Shown piece after piece: positions 1 through 8,710 of a stretch of DNA of 64,000 nt (position 1 is its first letter; each line of letters begins with the position of its first letter). The DNA is taken from IMG/VR virus record IMGVR_UViG_3300048080_000333, one strand, 5' to 3'. A program made the translations under genes and the position numbers. The DNA is from a virus. The notes beneath the pieces were generated by a model, which saw only the letters and a program-made list of their open reading frames with translations, was not told the DNA's origin and did no database searches.

Positions 1-2
1 AT

Positions 3-1127
3 CAGATGGTTGGGGTGGAGAGGCCGTCGATCACAGTGATTTTCACACCAGCCGCCCTCGGTCTCCAGACCATGGTGGATCGGCCGGCAGTCTCCGCCGT
101 CATCGTACCCGCAGTTCTCGGCCTGCAGACGATGGTGGACAAGCCTGGAGTTGGGCTTGTGTTGACGACGCAAGAGACGGACACGGCGGTTCTGGTTGAA
201 CGTCCGGCGTTTGTCGCTGCCCTTCAAGCGGTTGTATCCGATGTCGCATCGCTCATAGATCGACCCCTGAATGTTGTTGTCGTCAGCCCAGCCGTCTCAG
301 ATAAAATGACGGCGACGGATGTGGCGTTGGCGACGCTGGCACTTGTACCGCAGGCCCTTTCGGTCGCCGTGTTCCAGGATGGTCCGCAGGTCGGGGTCAT
401 CGTCGTCTTGCCGGCAGTAACTGATAATCTTGTCGGCGGCCCGGAGACCTTCAACGAAGTTGTCACGATAGTCGAAACAATTGTTGCCTCGGTCCTGGAT
501 CGTTTGGTTGGAGTAGATCAGCCTTCGGTTACAGTCGCCATTTCACCGGCTGTTCTTGGTCTACAGACGATGCAGGAGAAACCAGGAGTCGGCGCGGTTC
601 TGGTGATCCAGGAACAAGATACGACACTGCTTGTGGATCGGCCTAGCGTGACGTTGGGCGTTTTGGCCGGCGAGAGAGATTGGCGTATCCTTACCGAGCG
701 CCCCGCCGTGACAGCGGCTGTCCAGCCGTCGGTCCGGGACGCTGTGAGTATGGTGGAGACGGCGTCGGTCATCTTCGCGCTCGTGCCACAGGCTGTTTCG
801 GTGGCTGTCCTTCGCGACAACCCGCAGGTCGGTGTCGTCATTCTGTTGCCGGGTGTCACAGATACCTTCATCGGTGCCGAAGGGCCACAAACGATCAACG
901 AGACCGTCACCATTATTGAAACCATTATTGCCTCGGTGTCGGATCAGTTGGTGGCGACCGATAGGCCCGTGGTTCTTGTAACCCTGATTCCTAGTGAGGT
1001 CGATGAACTGACCGAGTTCCTCGCGGGTCGTTTGGGCGGCCGCATCGTGGTCGTAGATCCCTCCGGTCGAATTTACCGCATTACTACGGGGGGGGGGCGG
1101 ACGACAGTCGTCGGTAAGCGGCGATAA
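3..1127 (+). CDS. Val/Thr-rich beta-repeat protein, probably virion-associated; 5'-truncated by the window edge
   Basis: Frame is open from base 3. Internal 148-166 aa repeats with shorter D/E-R/K-P sub-repeats; C-terminal 'GRIVVV..GRIYRI..GRTTVV' tail; lies just upstream of adaptor-like genes. Confidence 0.7.
   Translation, partial: QMVGVERPSITVIFTPAALGLQTMVDRPAVSAVIVPAVLGLQTMVDKPGVGLVLTTQETDTAVLVERPAFVAALQAVVSDVASLIDRPLNVVVVSPAVSDKMTATDVALATLALVPQALSVAVFQDGPQVGVIVVLPAVTDNLVGGPETFNEVVTIVETIVASVLDRLVGVDQPSVTVAISPAVLGLQTMQEKPGVGAVLVIQEQDTTLLVDRPSVTLGVLAGERDWRILTERPAVTAAVQPSVRDAVSMVETASVIFALVPQAVSVAVLRDNPQVGVVILLPGVTDTFIGAEGPQTINETVTIIETIIASVSDQLVATDRPVVLVTLIPSEVDELTEFLAGRLGGRIVVVDPSGRIYRITTGGGRTTVVGKRR
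6..990 (+). repeat. Protein-level tandem repeat: units 6-503 (166 aa), 504-947 (148 aa), partial third unit from 948
   Basis: 'NEVVTIVETIVASVLDRLVGVDQP' vs 'NETVTIIETIIASVSDQLVATDRP'; 'ALVPQALSVAVFQDGPQVGVIVVLP' vs 'ALVPQAVSVAVLRDNPQVGVVILLP'. Confidence 0.85.
1088..1097 (+). repeat. G10 homopolymer in the 3' end of the repeat-protein gene
   Basis: ttactacGGGGGGGGGGcgg read directly. Confidence 0.9.
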
Positions 1128-1157
1128 CCGTACCGTTGTCGGTGGGAGGAGATAGGG

Positions 1158-1463
1158 ATGAAATACCTGGATTTCAAACAACCCCGGATGTCGTTTGTCC
1201 AGATCGTAGATTTCAAGAGTAAACTCGCCGCTGGCGAAACCATTTCCTGGGTCGGGACGGACGTTCGGGTGATTCTGGGAACGGCCTCCGATGCCAGTCA
1301 GGTTGTGGCGAGTGCCCTCGCGTCGGCCAGTACGGCGAAACTGGTCCTACACAAGGGAACGCACGGAGTCACATACGAGATCGAGGTCCTCGTCTCCACT
1401 TCCTCCGGCAACGTCGAGGAAGAGGAACTCGAACTCCCGATCTGGGACTTCAGTACCCCATAG
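1158..1463 (+). CDS. Small phage structural/adaptor protein (fibre-tail adaptor-like)
   Basis: RBS GGAGGAG. Pattern 'KQP...VDF...LAAGETI...G..YEIEVLVSTSSG' resembles the small 'KDP..LDY..DW....GETI' adaptor family that follows repeat structural proteins. Confidence 0.55.
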   Translation: MKYLDFKQPRMSFVQIVDFKSKLAAGETISWVGTDVRVILGTASDASQVVASALASASTAKLVLHKGTHGVTYEIEVLVSTSSGNVEEEELELPIWDFSTP

Positions 1464-1472
1464 GAGCCTGAC

Positions 1473-1901
1473 ATGACGTATCATTGGGAACTCTTGTCGT
1501 TCGCCCGCGTGTTTCTGGGGGATATCGCGGCCACGAAGTACCAGGATGACACGATCCTGACGGTGCTGCGTGTCGCGACGGCCGTGGTCCAACTCCTGGG
1601 TTACGACAAGAACCACACGAGCGATCCCAGCGGTATCACGCCCGCCCTGACAGTAAAAGAGCAGGCCATCTGGGGCAAGGCGGCGGCTGTGCTGCTGAAC
1701 GACCCCGAAGCGGCCAAGGCGGCCTTGGAAGCCGTCTCGGTTCGGACGCTTGGCACCGCGTACTCGACCGAGGCGAAGGCTGGATTCGCTGCGGCGTCGG
1801 CCAGCAAGGACTTTGCTCAACTCAAGGCGATGATTCGCATGGCGTCGAATCCGCTCGTCGGAACCCCCGACGACCTAGATAAGGACATGGCGCGCACCTA
1901 A
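1473..1901 (+). CDS. Head-tail adaptor/connector-like protein
   Basis: RBS AGGAG; 142 aa helical protein with 'ARVFLGD....YQDDTI' N-terminus typical of connector proteins; structural context. Confidence 0.55.
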   Translation: MTYHWELLSFARVFLGDIAATKYQDDTILTVLRVATAVVQLLGYDKNHTSDPSGITPALTVKEQAIWGKAAAVLLNDPEAAKAALEAVSVRTLGTAYSTEAKAGFAAASASKDFAQLKAMIRMASNPLVGTPDDLDKDMART

Positions 1902-1920
1902 GCGCCCCAGGAGACTGACG

Positions 1921-2229
1921 ATGTACCGACCCAACGGATTGGAATATTTCGAGACCGCGAAGAGTGGTGAAATCGCGCTGACATCGGTGTCGAACCAACT
2001 ACCGAATGTCGAGTGCTTGCTCGTAAAGTTCAAGGCGCGGGGGGCGAAGGTGTTCCTGGGATCCGTTGACCCCGTGACGATTCCCAACGGCGTAACGGAT
2101 GCAACGACGGGCTTCGAATTGTTGGACGGTGATGTGATCGAATGGCTGCCCGTCAACAACCTGAACAAGTTCTACGCACTCGCCTCCGCCAGCAACGCGG
2201 GTGGACTCACCTACCTCGCGCTGAAATAG
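1921..2229 (+). CDS. Hypothetical protein (probably structural)
   Basis: RBS AGGAG; 102 aa beta-rich ORF. Confidence 0.65.
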   Translation: MYRPNGLEYFETAKSGEIALTSVSNQLPNVECLLVKFKARGAKVFLGSVDPVTIPNGVTDATTGFELLDGDVIEWLPVNNLNKFYALASASNAGGLTYLALK

Positions 2230-2259
2230 TTTCAGGGTAGCGTAAGGAGGGTCATCGCG

Positions 2260-2481
2260 ATGCGTATAGACTGGCGGCATGTTGTCGTCACGGCGGTCGC
2301 CTCGACGCTATGCTGGGTTGTTGTACGTTCGGTCGTGTTGGCCCCTATGCTAGGATTTGGGCTGGTATCGTTACGCGAGGTACTCCTTCCCAGCGATGAC
2401 TGGCGGGATGATCTCGTGTCGAACAGTATGGGCGCGGTGATTGCTTTTGTACTCCTACTCGTTTTGTTGAAGGGAGGATGA
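2260..2481 (+). CDS. Small membrane protein with a VanZ-like motif
   Basis: RBS AAGGAGG; 2-3 hydrophobic helices; 'E......DDWRDDLVSNSMG' resembles the VanZ 'DDL..N..G' motif. Confidence 0.5.
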   Translation: MRIDWRHVVVTAVASTLCWVVVRSVVLAPMLGFGLVSLREVLLPSDDWRDDLVSNSMGAVIAFVLLLVLLKGG

Positions 2482-2657
2482 ATCCCATGTGGACGGTACG
2501 AGTCTTTTTCACGAACGGAGCCGTGAGCGAGTACGAGGCTGTGGCGGCCCCCGGATTCTACGAGCCTAACATTATGACGTTTCAGCAGGCCGACGGACAT
2601 TTGCGAACGTTCCCCTTGACCCTTGGCATCCGCCAAATCGAGTATTGGCAGGTGTAG
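2478..2657 (+). CDS. Hypothetical protein, 59 aa (below the ORF-track cutoff)
   Basis: ATGA overlap with the upstream stop; translates MNPMWTVRVFFTNG...IEYWQV; stops 2 nt before the next ATG. Confidence 0.6.
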   Translation: MNPMWTVRVFFTNGAVSEYEAVAAPGFYEPNIMTFQQADGHLRTFPLTLGIRQIEYWQV

Positions 2658-2659
2658 CG

Positions 2660-2833
2660 ATGTTCACTGACGTTTCGCTTGACCATCCTGCTTACACCGC
2701 TATTAAGCGATTTCAAGAGGTCGGGTATGTCGGCGGATTCCCCGACGGAACGTTCCATCCAGACGAGCCGATGACTCGGGCGCAAGTGGTTCTTATCCTG
2801 GATCGTATCTTGCAAGATGTCGGACTTCTTTAG
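2660..2833 (+). CDS. Stand-alone S-layer homology (SLH) domain protein
   Basis: 'FTDVSLDHPAYTAI......YVGGFPDGTFHPDEPMTRAQ' matches the SLH consensus (FxDV...W...I....G...G.pDGtF.P...iTRAE); 57 aa, no signal peptide. Confidence 0.85.
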   Translation: MFTDVSLDHPAYTAIKRFQEVGYVGGFPDGTFHPDEPMTRAQVVLILDRILQDVGLL

Positions 2834-2843
2834 GTAGGTATCC

Positions 2844-3272
2844 ATGCCACCGGACTGGATCGCTGTTTTCAACGGTCTCTACGCCCAGAAGATGACTTCG
2901 GATCTCACATTCCGGAAGGCCGTCCTATCCGGAGGTAAGGCGACGTATCCGGCGGAACGAACGCTGCCTGTCGGGATTCGCTACATCCGTGCCGGCTTCG
3001 ATTTCCGGACCGGCGTCATGTATGCTGAGGACCGCATCGAGGCCATCTTGTGGCTCCGCGACTGGTTCGAGCGCACGACCGACGGGGCCACAGCGGCCGA
3101 ACTCACGCAGATGGTCGCGGACCTCCGCGGCGACGTGGTAGAAAGTTCCCGTGAGCACTGGAGTCAATTTCTGCTCGACGGCAATACGTTGAAGTACGAC
3201 CGCCATGCTCTCGACCGGCGGCCAGATGGCGTCCCGTTTGCCATCATCCTTATGTTCCAGGCTGCTGCGTAG
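2844..3272 (+). CDS. Hypothetical protein
   Basis: 142 aa, AGGT upstream, GC3-rich codons, fits the operon. Confidence 0.65.
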   Translation: MPPDWIAVFNGLYAQKMTSDLTFRKAVLSGGKATYPAERTLPVGIRYIRAGFDFRTGVMYAEDRIEAILWLRDWFERTTDGATAAELTQMVADLRGDVVESSREHWSQFLLDGNTLKYDRHALDRRPDGVPFAIILMFQAAA

Positions 3273-3331
3273 GTGTTGTAGACAGGATTTCCTGGGCATC
3301 ACTTTCCTTTGGACGAGGTGTTTCTGGTGAG
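3264..3331 (+). repeat. Copy 1 of a ~68-bp imperfect direct repeat (core GGGCATCACTTTCCTTTGGA)
   Basis: gttgtaga-N11-gggcatcactttcctttgga-N2-aggt...gtgag; same arrangement at 16743-16811. Confidence 0.85.
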
Positions 3332-3397
3332 GTGGTCAGTTGTGTCTGAGATGGTTCCCCTCCGTTTCCCCTTCCCCAAACAAGGAGCAATTACATA

Positions 3398-4666
3398 ATG
3401 AGAATCGTATGGGTTAGTGACTGGTCGCATCGGCCGGTTCCTACTGGATTTGGTCGTGCCTCCCTCAAGATCCTTTCCTACCTGAAAGAGCGCGGCCACG
3501 AAGTTATTGAAATCGGCGTGGGCTACGAGGGCTATGGTGACGGCCTGCCGTGGCCGACGTATCCGACAACGGCGTATGGGGGCCGACTAGAGGGACAAGA
3601 CGTTGCGCCTCTCGTGGCCGCCGAGCACAGTGCTGATGCGTTGGTCCTGTTCATGGACTTCCCGTACGCTTCGTGGGCTGTACAGTACCACGACCGGCAA
3701 GGCAACGCGCTCGATGAGCGTGTCGTCGAGGCGTTGGACAAGCGGCGTTACGCCCTCTGTCTCTACACGCCTGTCGATGGTGCTTGTATAGACGGGAAGG
3801 TCCCGAGGGTGTGGGAGGGTATTCTTCGTCGCCATCCCTCGTTCGACGCCCTCTCCGCGCCGTCGAAGTTTGGCATCACCCTGCTCTCGAACGCTTCGGG
3901 TATGAAGGCCAGATGGCTCCCGCATGGAGTAGACACGGATCTGTTTCGCCCCGACCAGCCACAGGTCGAGTGTCGCCGGCGCCTCGGAATCCCAGAGGAG
4001 AATTTCACCTTGCTCTATGTCGGCGTCAACAAGCACCGTAAGCAATTGCCGGCGTTCTATGAAACGGCCGCGAAGGTCCAGGCACTTCTGCCCGATGTGC
4101 CGCTGACCGTGATGGTGAATGGTAACGACCGCGATACGGCCTACGATCTCCAGGGGCTTGTGGATGCGTATGGGCTCGAAGCGCGGGGTGCCGCATGCTA
4201 CCGGACCGAAAATCTCACGGACCAGGCTCTTGCCACGTTGTACGGCGCCGCTGATGTGCTCGTTCACACGTCGGGTGGCGAGGGGTTCGGGCTCCCCATT
4301 GTCGAGGCGATGGCGTGCCGCCTGCCCGCTCTCGTAACAGATTATTCGGCTATGGCCGAGTTGGTACCAGACAACGAGATGGGGTGGTGTCGGATTCCAG
4401 TCAAGGCCCTGATTCCCTACCCTGCGAACGGAATCGCGTGGGCGTGGCCCGACACTGACGCTGCTGCAGAACGCCTCGTTGCATTTTGGAAGGATCGGGG
4501 CCTGCGCGTAAGACTCCGGAAGGCCTGCTTCGAAAAGTCGAGGGCGTTCGCGTGGCCCCGGGTCCTACCGTGGTTCGAGAACTGGTTGGAGACGGCTATC
4601 CAGGCCAAGCGGTCAGCCGGGTTCAGGCTTGGTGTCGAGCGCATACGGCCGGATGGAGGAGCCTAA
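3398..4666 (+). CDS. Glycosyltransferase, GT-B fold, GT4 family
   Basis: N-terminal 'VPTGFGR'; 'LLYVGVNKHRKQ'; 'ADVLVHTSGGEGFGLPIVEAMACRLPALVTDYSAMAE' GT4 signature. Confidence 0.92.
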   Translation: MRIVWVSDWSHRPVPTGFGRASLKILSYLKERGHEVIEIGVGYEGYGDGLPWPTYPTTAYGGRLEGQDVAPLVAAEHSADALVLFMDFPYASWAVQYHDRQGNALDERVVEALDKRRYALCLYTPVDGACIDGKVPRVWEGILRRHPSFDALSAPSKFGITLLSNASGMKARWLPHGVDTDLFRPDQPQVECRRRLGIPEENFTLLYVGVNKHRKQLPAFYETAAKVQALLPDVPLTVMVNGNDRDTAYDLQGLVDAYGLEARGAACYRTENLTDQALATLYGAADVLVHTSGGEGFGLPIVEAMACRLPALVTDYSAMAELVPDNEMGWCRIPVKALIPYPANGIAWAWPDTDAAAERLVAFWKDRGLRVRLRKACFEKSRAFAWPRVLPWFENWLETAIQAKRSAGFRLGVERIRPDGGA

Positions 4667-5912
4667 CTTGGACGAGCCAATCGTATTTGGGCAGACCGAG
4701 GGTTTGGAGGGCTTGCGTGAAGAAGCCCGCTCCCGAGCCTATCCAGAGTGGTCAGACGACATGCTCAAGGTCTTGTATGTCGGCGCACACCTCTATCCAA
4801 CAGGGTATGGAGAGGCGTGTCGTTTGCACATGAAGGCCATGAAAGATGTTGGTGTCGGCGTGATGGCGCGGCTGAATCAACTGCCTCCGGTGGGTCTCAA
4901 GCATGAACTTGTCCGGACGGACAACGTTGTCAACGAGATGTTGGACCTGCGGTTTTGGCCGAAGGATCCGGCGCGCCGGAAGCCAGACGCTGGGGTGTGG
5001 CACGTCACGCCGGACACATTTGGACAATTCCCCGACATGAAAAACTTCGGCTATACTGTCTGGGAGACCGTAGGGTTGCCCTACGGATGGGCTGATGCGT
5101 GCAATCGTATGGACGGTCTCCTGACGTGCTCGGAGTTCTCGGCAAGTCTGTTTCGCGAAGGCGGCGTGACGGTGCCGATTCGCGTCTGTCCACACCCTAT
5201 GGATGTCGCGCGTTTCCGACCCGATGTTGACGGCTCTTCGTTCCGAGCGAGTCTCGGCGCTCCCAAGACGGTGTTTCTTGTCGTGTCCCAGTGGATGTTT
5301 CGAAAAGGCGTCGAGGACGCTGTCGTAGCGTACGCCAGCGAGTTCAAGGCCGACGAACCCGTTGCGCTCGTGTTGTTGACGTGGCGGTGGAGCCATGCCG
5401 TCAAAGAGCGCGTCGCCATTAGGGGCTACACGAAGTTTTTGCTGAATGGACTCAACCTCTCGGATACACCCCCAGTGTGGCATATCGGAGACAATTTGCC
5501 TCCGGTGGCGCTGCCCAACGTCTACGCGGCTTCTGACGTGCTCGTGTCGGCGTCCCGCGGCGAAGCGTTCGCGCTCCCCATTTTTGAGGCGGCGGCGTGC
5601 GGAAAGCCCTCCATCTCGACGGGTTGGGGAGGCATGTGGAGCCTCTTGTCCTCCGAGTCGGCCTATCCGGTGGCCTATGATATGGAGACGGTCCACGGAG
5701 CCGGCGCGAGGTGGAAGCACTACCATGCGGGTCAGAAGTGGGCTCGTCCCCGACTCGACGACCTGCGGCGCGCGATGCGTGAGGCCCACGAGGACGTGGA
5801 GGGCCGTACCACGAAGGGCCTACGGGCCTACGAAACCACGATAGAGCACCTGTCCCCCCAGGTCGCTGGTGCAGTGATGCGGGACGCCATTCTGGACCTC
5901 GTGAGGGCTTGA
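4653..5912 (+). CDS. Glycosyltransferase, GT-B fold, GT4 family
   Basis: 'PTGYGEACR'; 'RKG'; 'SDVLVSASRGEAFALPIFEAAACGKPSISTGWGG'. Start uncertain (4653 or 4762). Confidence 0.9.
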   Translation: MEEPNLDEPIVFGQTEGLEGLREEARSRAYPEWSDDMLKVLYVGAHLYPTGYGEACRLHMKAMKDVGVGVMARLNQLPPVGLKHELVRTDNVVNEMLDLRFWPKDPARRKPDAGVWHVTPDTFGQFPDMKNFGYTVWETVGLPYGWADACNRMDGLLTCSEFSASLFREGGVTVPIRVCPHPMDVARFRPDVDGSSFRASLGAPKTVFLVVSQWMFRKGVEDAVVAYASEFKADEPVALVLLTWRWSHAVKERVAIRGYTKFLLNGLNLSDTPPVWHIGDNLPPVALPNVYAASDVLVSASRGEAFALPIFEAAACGKPSISTGWGGMWSLLSSESAYPVAYDMETVHGAGARWKHYHAGQKWARPRLDDLRRAMREAHEDVEGRTTKGLRAYETTIEHLSPQVAGAVMRDAILDLVRA

Positions 5913-5938
5913 CAAGACGTAGGTGTCGATGCTATCGT
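5909..5938 (+). promoter_or_regulatory. sigma70-type promoter TTGACA-18-TATCGT (TGn extended -10)
   Basis: ttgaca agacgtaggtgtcgatgc tatcgt; -35 overlaps the upstream TGA; RBS GGAGG precedes ATG 5970. Confidence 0.55.
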
Positions 5939-5969
5939 GTAGGCATCTGAGTACGCGGAGGGAAGACGG

Positions 5970-6296
5970 ATGGGGATAAAGACTTCGGACCCGGTCGCAG
6001 TGCTGATCGCCCTGCTTGCTACGGCGGTACTGTTCCTCGGCTTCATCGTTCTAGTGACGGTGATTGACGGAGCGGCGTTGATGCTGTTGTGGAACTGGTT
6101 CGCGGTGCCCCTCTTGGGTTTGCCGGCTCTCGCAGGTCTTCCCGCCGCTATCGGTATCGGGTTCGTGGCGGATGTACTGACATCCCGTCGTCTACCGAGT
6201 AAAACCCAGAATGCGTCGGAGGTGCTCTCGGTGCTCTTTGCACGCCCTCTGACGCTCGTGCTGGCAGGTTACATCGTTCACCGATTCTTCCTGTAG
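5970..6296 (+). CDS. Membrane protein (about 3 TM helices)
   Basis: 108 aa, strongly hydrophobic, RBS GGAGGG. Confidence 0.75.
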   Translation: MGIKTSDPVAVLIALLATAVLFLGFIVLVTVIDGAALMLLWNWFAVPLLGLPALAGLPAAIGIGFVADVLTSRRLPSKTQNASEVLSVLFARPLTLVLAGYIVHRFFL

Positions 6297-6305
6297 GTGG
6301 TATCA

Positions 6306-6485
6306 ATGAGCGTGGCCGCTGCCTGGGCGATGGTGGATTACTGGAAGGAGCCCGTCGAACTATCCTGTCTCGACTGCCGCTTCTATTTTACCCTGCCCAG
6401 GGACGAGGCCAAGAAGGCTAGGTTCTGTCCAGTGTGTGGCAAGGCACCACTCTGCAAGCCGGACGCAGACTTCGAGCCCGCATAG
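6306..6485 (+). CDS. Zinc-ribbon protein
   Basis: CLDC ... CPVCG motifs. Confidence 0.65.
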   Translation: MSVAAAWAMVDYWKEPVELSCLDCRFYFTLPRDEAKKARFCPVCGKAPLCKPDADFEPA

Positions 6486-6499
6486 GGGAGGTCCGAACG

Positions 6500-6790
6500 G
6501 TGCGAATCGGGGACATCGTGCTCTACCGAATGGGACTTGATGTCGTCCTTCCGGCCATCGTGACTCATGTGTGGCCGAACAATGTTCTGAACCTGACCGT
6601 GTTCTCGGGTAGCAGTGCAATCCCATACGAGCAGATATCTCCCGAGGGCAATAGAGTGACCGTGTATCCAGACGAGGCTTGGCTTGGGTTCCGTCGGACA
6701 TCCGTGTCCCACGGAAGCAACATTGGCCATTGGCAGCCTCGGGAGCAGGAGTCCATTGACCTTAGTTATCACGGGTGTCGCGAGGGATGA
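6500..6790 (+). CDS. Conserved phage hypothetical protein
   Basis: RBS GGGGAGG before GTG 6500; 'IGDIVLY....PAIVTHV....LNLTVF' is a recurrent small phage family pattern. Confidence 0.7.
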   Translation: MRIGDIVLYRMGLDVVLPAIVTHVWPNNVLNLTVFSGSSAIPYEQISPEGNRVTVYPDEAWLGFRRTSVSHGSNIGHWQPREQESIDLSYHGCREG

Positions 6791-6888
6791 GGGTCGCGAT
6801 GAAGCGGTTGTGGCGTTGGCTCGGGCGGTTGGAGTGTACCCTCTGGGATCTTCAGTGGCGTTACCCCGGGGGTGACCGCGAAGTCTGA
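6787..6888 (+). CDS. Small ORF, 33 aa
   Basis: ATGA overlap at the 5' end and TGATG overlap at the 3' end; fills the gap exactly. Confidence 0.4.
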   Translation: MRVAMKRLWRWLGRLECTLWDLQWRYPGGDREV

Positions 6889-7445
6889 TGGGGCGCCGTC
6901 TGAACATTGGATGTGGGCAAGACATTCGGCCAGTCGCCGAGGGGTGGATCAACGCAGATATTCGTGAGATGCCGGGCGTGGACGTGATATGCGACGCGCG
7001 GCATTTGCCATTCATGGACAACTACTTCGAAGAAGTCCTCGCCTACGATCTCTTGGAACACTTTTCTGTTTTTGATGCGCCCCTGCTGCTTCGGGAATGG
7101 CGACGTGTACTAGTGCCCGATGGTATCTTGCGTCTTCGGGTGCCGGATGTTCGAAAGATAGCCTTTCGGTTGCATGACAGGACTCTTAGGCCGGATTCCG
7201 ACAGAATCCAGAAGCCTAACCCCGAAGTCGGCGTTGTAACCGGCGAACATGTGGCTCTCTGGTTGCTGTACGGAGATCAGTCTTCGGCGTGGGGTGGATC
7301 CGAGTTCGGTGCCCACAAATGGGGATATACGACGCTCACGCTTGCACAATTTCTCGACGAAGAAAAGTTCGCACTTGTTTCCATACACGGTGACCCCGCT
7401 GGGCACGATCAGAATATCTACGCCAATGCACGGAGGGTAGGATGA
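6888..7445 (+). CDS. Class I SAM-dependent methyltransferase (type 11-like)
   Basis: 'LNIGCG', 'INADI', 'VICDARHLPFMDNYFEEVLAYDLLEHF', 'WRRVLVPDGILRL'. Confidence 0.88.
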   Translation: MGRRLNIGCGQDIRPVAEGWINADIREMPGVDVICDARHLPFMDNYFEEVLAYDLLEHFSVFDAPLLLREWRRVLVPDGILRLRVPDVRKIAFRLHDRTLRPDSDRIQKPNPEVGVVTGEHVALWLLYGDQSSAWGGSEFGAHKWGYTTLTLAQFLDEEKFALVSIHGDPAGHDQNIYANARRVG

Positions 7446-7873
7446 CTGCTAGGAACGCTCTGCTTATTGACGTGCCTGACATCGTATCCATCGAGTCCGC
7501 GGCCTTCGGACCCGACCTGCGGTGGACGGACGAGGACCTGCGGTCGGAGGTCGATCAGGGCCGCGTGATCGTCTGTGAATTGGATGGTGTGAGCAGGGTT
7601 GTTGGGTACGCGGCATTCAAAATCAGGGATGGTGTTGGAACGCTGAACAGCGTGGCCGTTCATCCACACTGGCAATCTCGTGGCATTGGGGGCTTTCTGA
7701 CGACGCAGGCCGTAGCGCGTATGCAGGACGCTGAGTGTATCGAGTTGGATTGCAACACCGATCTCGTACCGTTCTACCGACGCTTCGAGTTCGACGTGTG
7801 TGGATTCTACACAACGGGCGTTGGGCTGAAGCAACGAGCCCGCGTCACGATGCGGAGGATGCCCTGTGCATAG
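7442..7873 (+). CDS. GNAT acetyltransferase (RimI-like)
   Basis: 'LNSVAVHPHWQSRGIGGFL' motif A; 'FYRRFEF' motif B. Confidence 0.88.
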   Translation: MTARNALLIDVPDIVSIESAAFGPDLRWTDEDLRSEVDQGRVIVCELDGVSRVVGYAAFKIRDGVGTLNSVAVHPHWQSRGIGGFLTTQAVARMQDAECIELDCNTDLVPFYRRFEFDVCGFYTTGVGLKQRARVTMRRMPCA

Positions 7874-8048
7874 GACCCCTGTGGACGGTCGGGTTTATGC
7901 TATCGGGGAACTGACCGTTGGATTCCTCGTGACATTGGTGGAGCCGAACGGTGTCCAGACCCGTCATGCCGCTTTGACTGTCGCCCAGGTAGTGGCTATT
8001 ATCAAGGGCTTCGGTCTAGACATGTTCGAACAGGACACGGCCCACTAG
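7866..8048 (+). CDS. Hypothetical protein
   Basis: 60 aa, RBS GGAGG, overlaps the upstream gene. Confidence 0.55.
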   Translation: MHRTPVDGRVYAIGELTVGFLVTLVEPNGVQTRHAALTVAQVVAIIKGFGLDMFEQDTAH

Positions 8049-8056
8049 AGGCCAGC

Positions 8057-8710
8057 ATGAAGCCTTCCATCGAGTTAGTCCTCTACGTCTACAACGAGGC
8101 CGAACATCTCGAACGAGCCATCTTGTCGGCTATCAATGACGTGGACGAAGTGACCGTGTGGGATACAGGTAGCACGGATGGAACGCTTGACATCGCTCAA
8201 ACGTACGCCGACCGGCTCTATCGGCTCGCTGTGCCAGAGGAAGCGATGGATTTCGGCGAGATCGAGACGATGGTGATGCACCTGGCTCGGTGCGACTGGG
8301 TGTTCCGGTTGGACGGAGACGAGGAACTGGGGCGGCGTGACCCGAGATCGTGCCTCAAATCCCTGATTATGAGCGGTTCGGCCGGCGCCTGGGGTCTTGC
8401 CCGCTACCGCTGGGCAGACATGGACCGAGTCCACCAAGTCGAGAAGGAGGCCTGGCCCGATTATCAATACCGACTCGTTCTGAACGATGGTCGGAGTCGG
8501 TTCGTGGGGCCACTACATCCGAACTTCGAGACGGAGCATCGCATCGGTCGGACAACGGATCTATACCTCGATCACTACGTCGATCCTCTACACTTGCGGG
8601 CCGGGGAACGGTTGGAGCAACGCAATCGACTCTATGCGCGATTGGCGGCGAAAGCCGGGAAAGCCCCAGAGGGATCGGCGGAAGCGATGAAGTTGGCGGG
8701 GAGCCGATGA
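8057..8710 (+). CDS. Glycosyltransferase, GT-A fold, GT2 family
   Basis: 'YVYNEAEHLERAI...DEVTVWDTGSTDGT'; DxD in 'WVFRLDGDE'; 'PDYQYRL'. Confidence 0.9.
   Translation: MKPSIELVLYVYNEAEHLERAILSAINDVDEVTVWDTGSTDGTLDIAQTYADRLYRLAVPEEAMDFGEIETMVMHLARCDWVFRLDGDEELGRRDPRSCLKSLIMSGSAGAWGLARYRWADMDRVHQVEKEAWPDYQYRLVLNDGRSRFVGPLHPNFETEHRIGRTTDLYLDHYVDPLHLRAGERLEQRNRLYARLAAKAGKAPEGSAEAMKLAGSR

Noticed and set aside
4752-5789. 345-aa minus-strand ORF
   Set aside because: Shadow of the second GT4 gene.
8350-8706. Long N-terminal extensions of several ORF-track entries (8350, 13976, 14827, 20924, 50799, 52105, 54619)
   Set aside because: They overlap upstream genes by hundreds of bases; internal ATGA/TGATG-coupled starts fit better.
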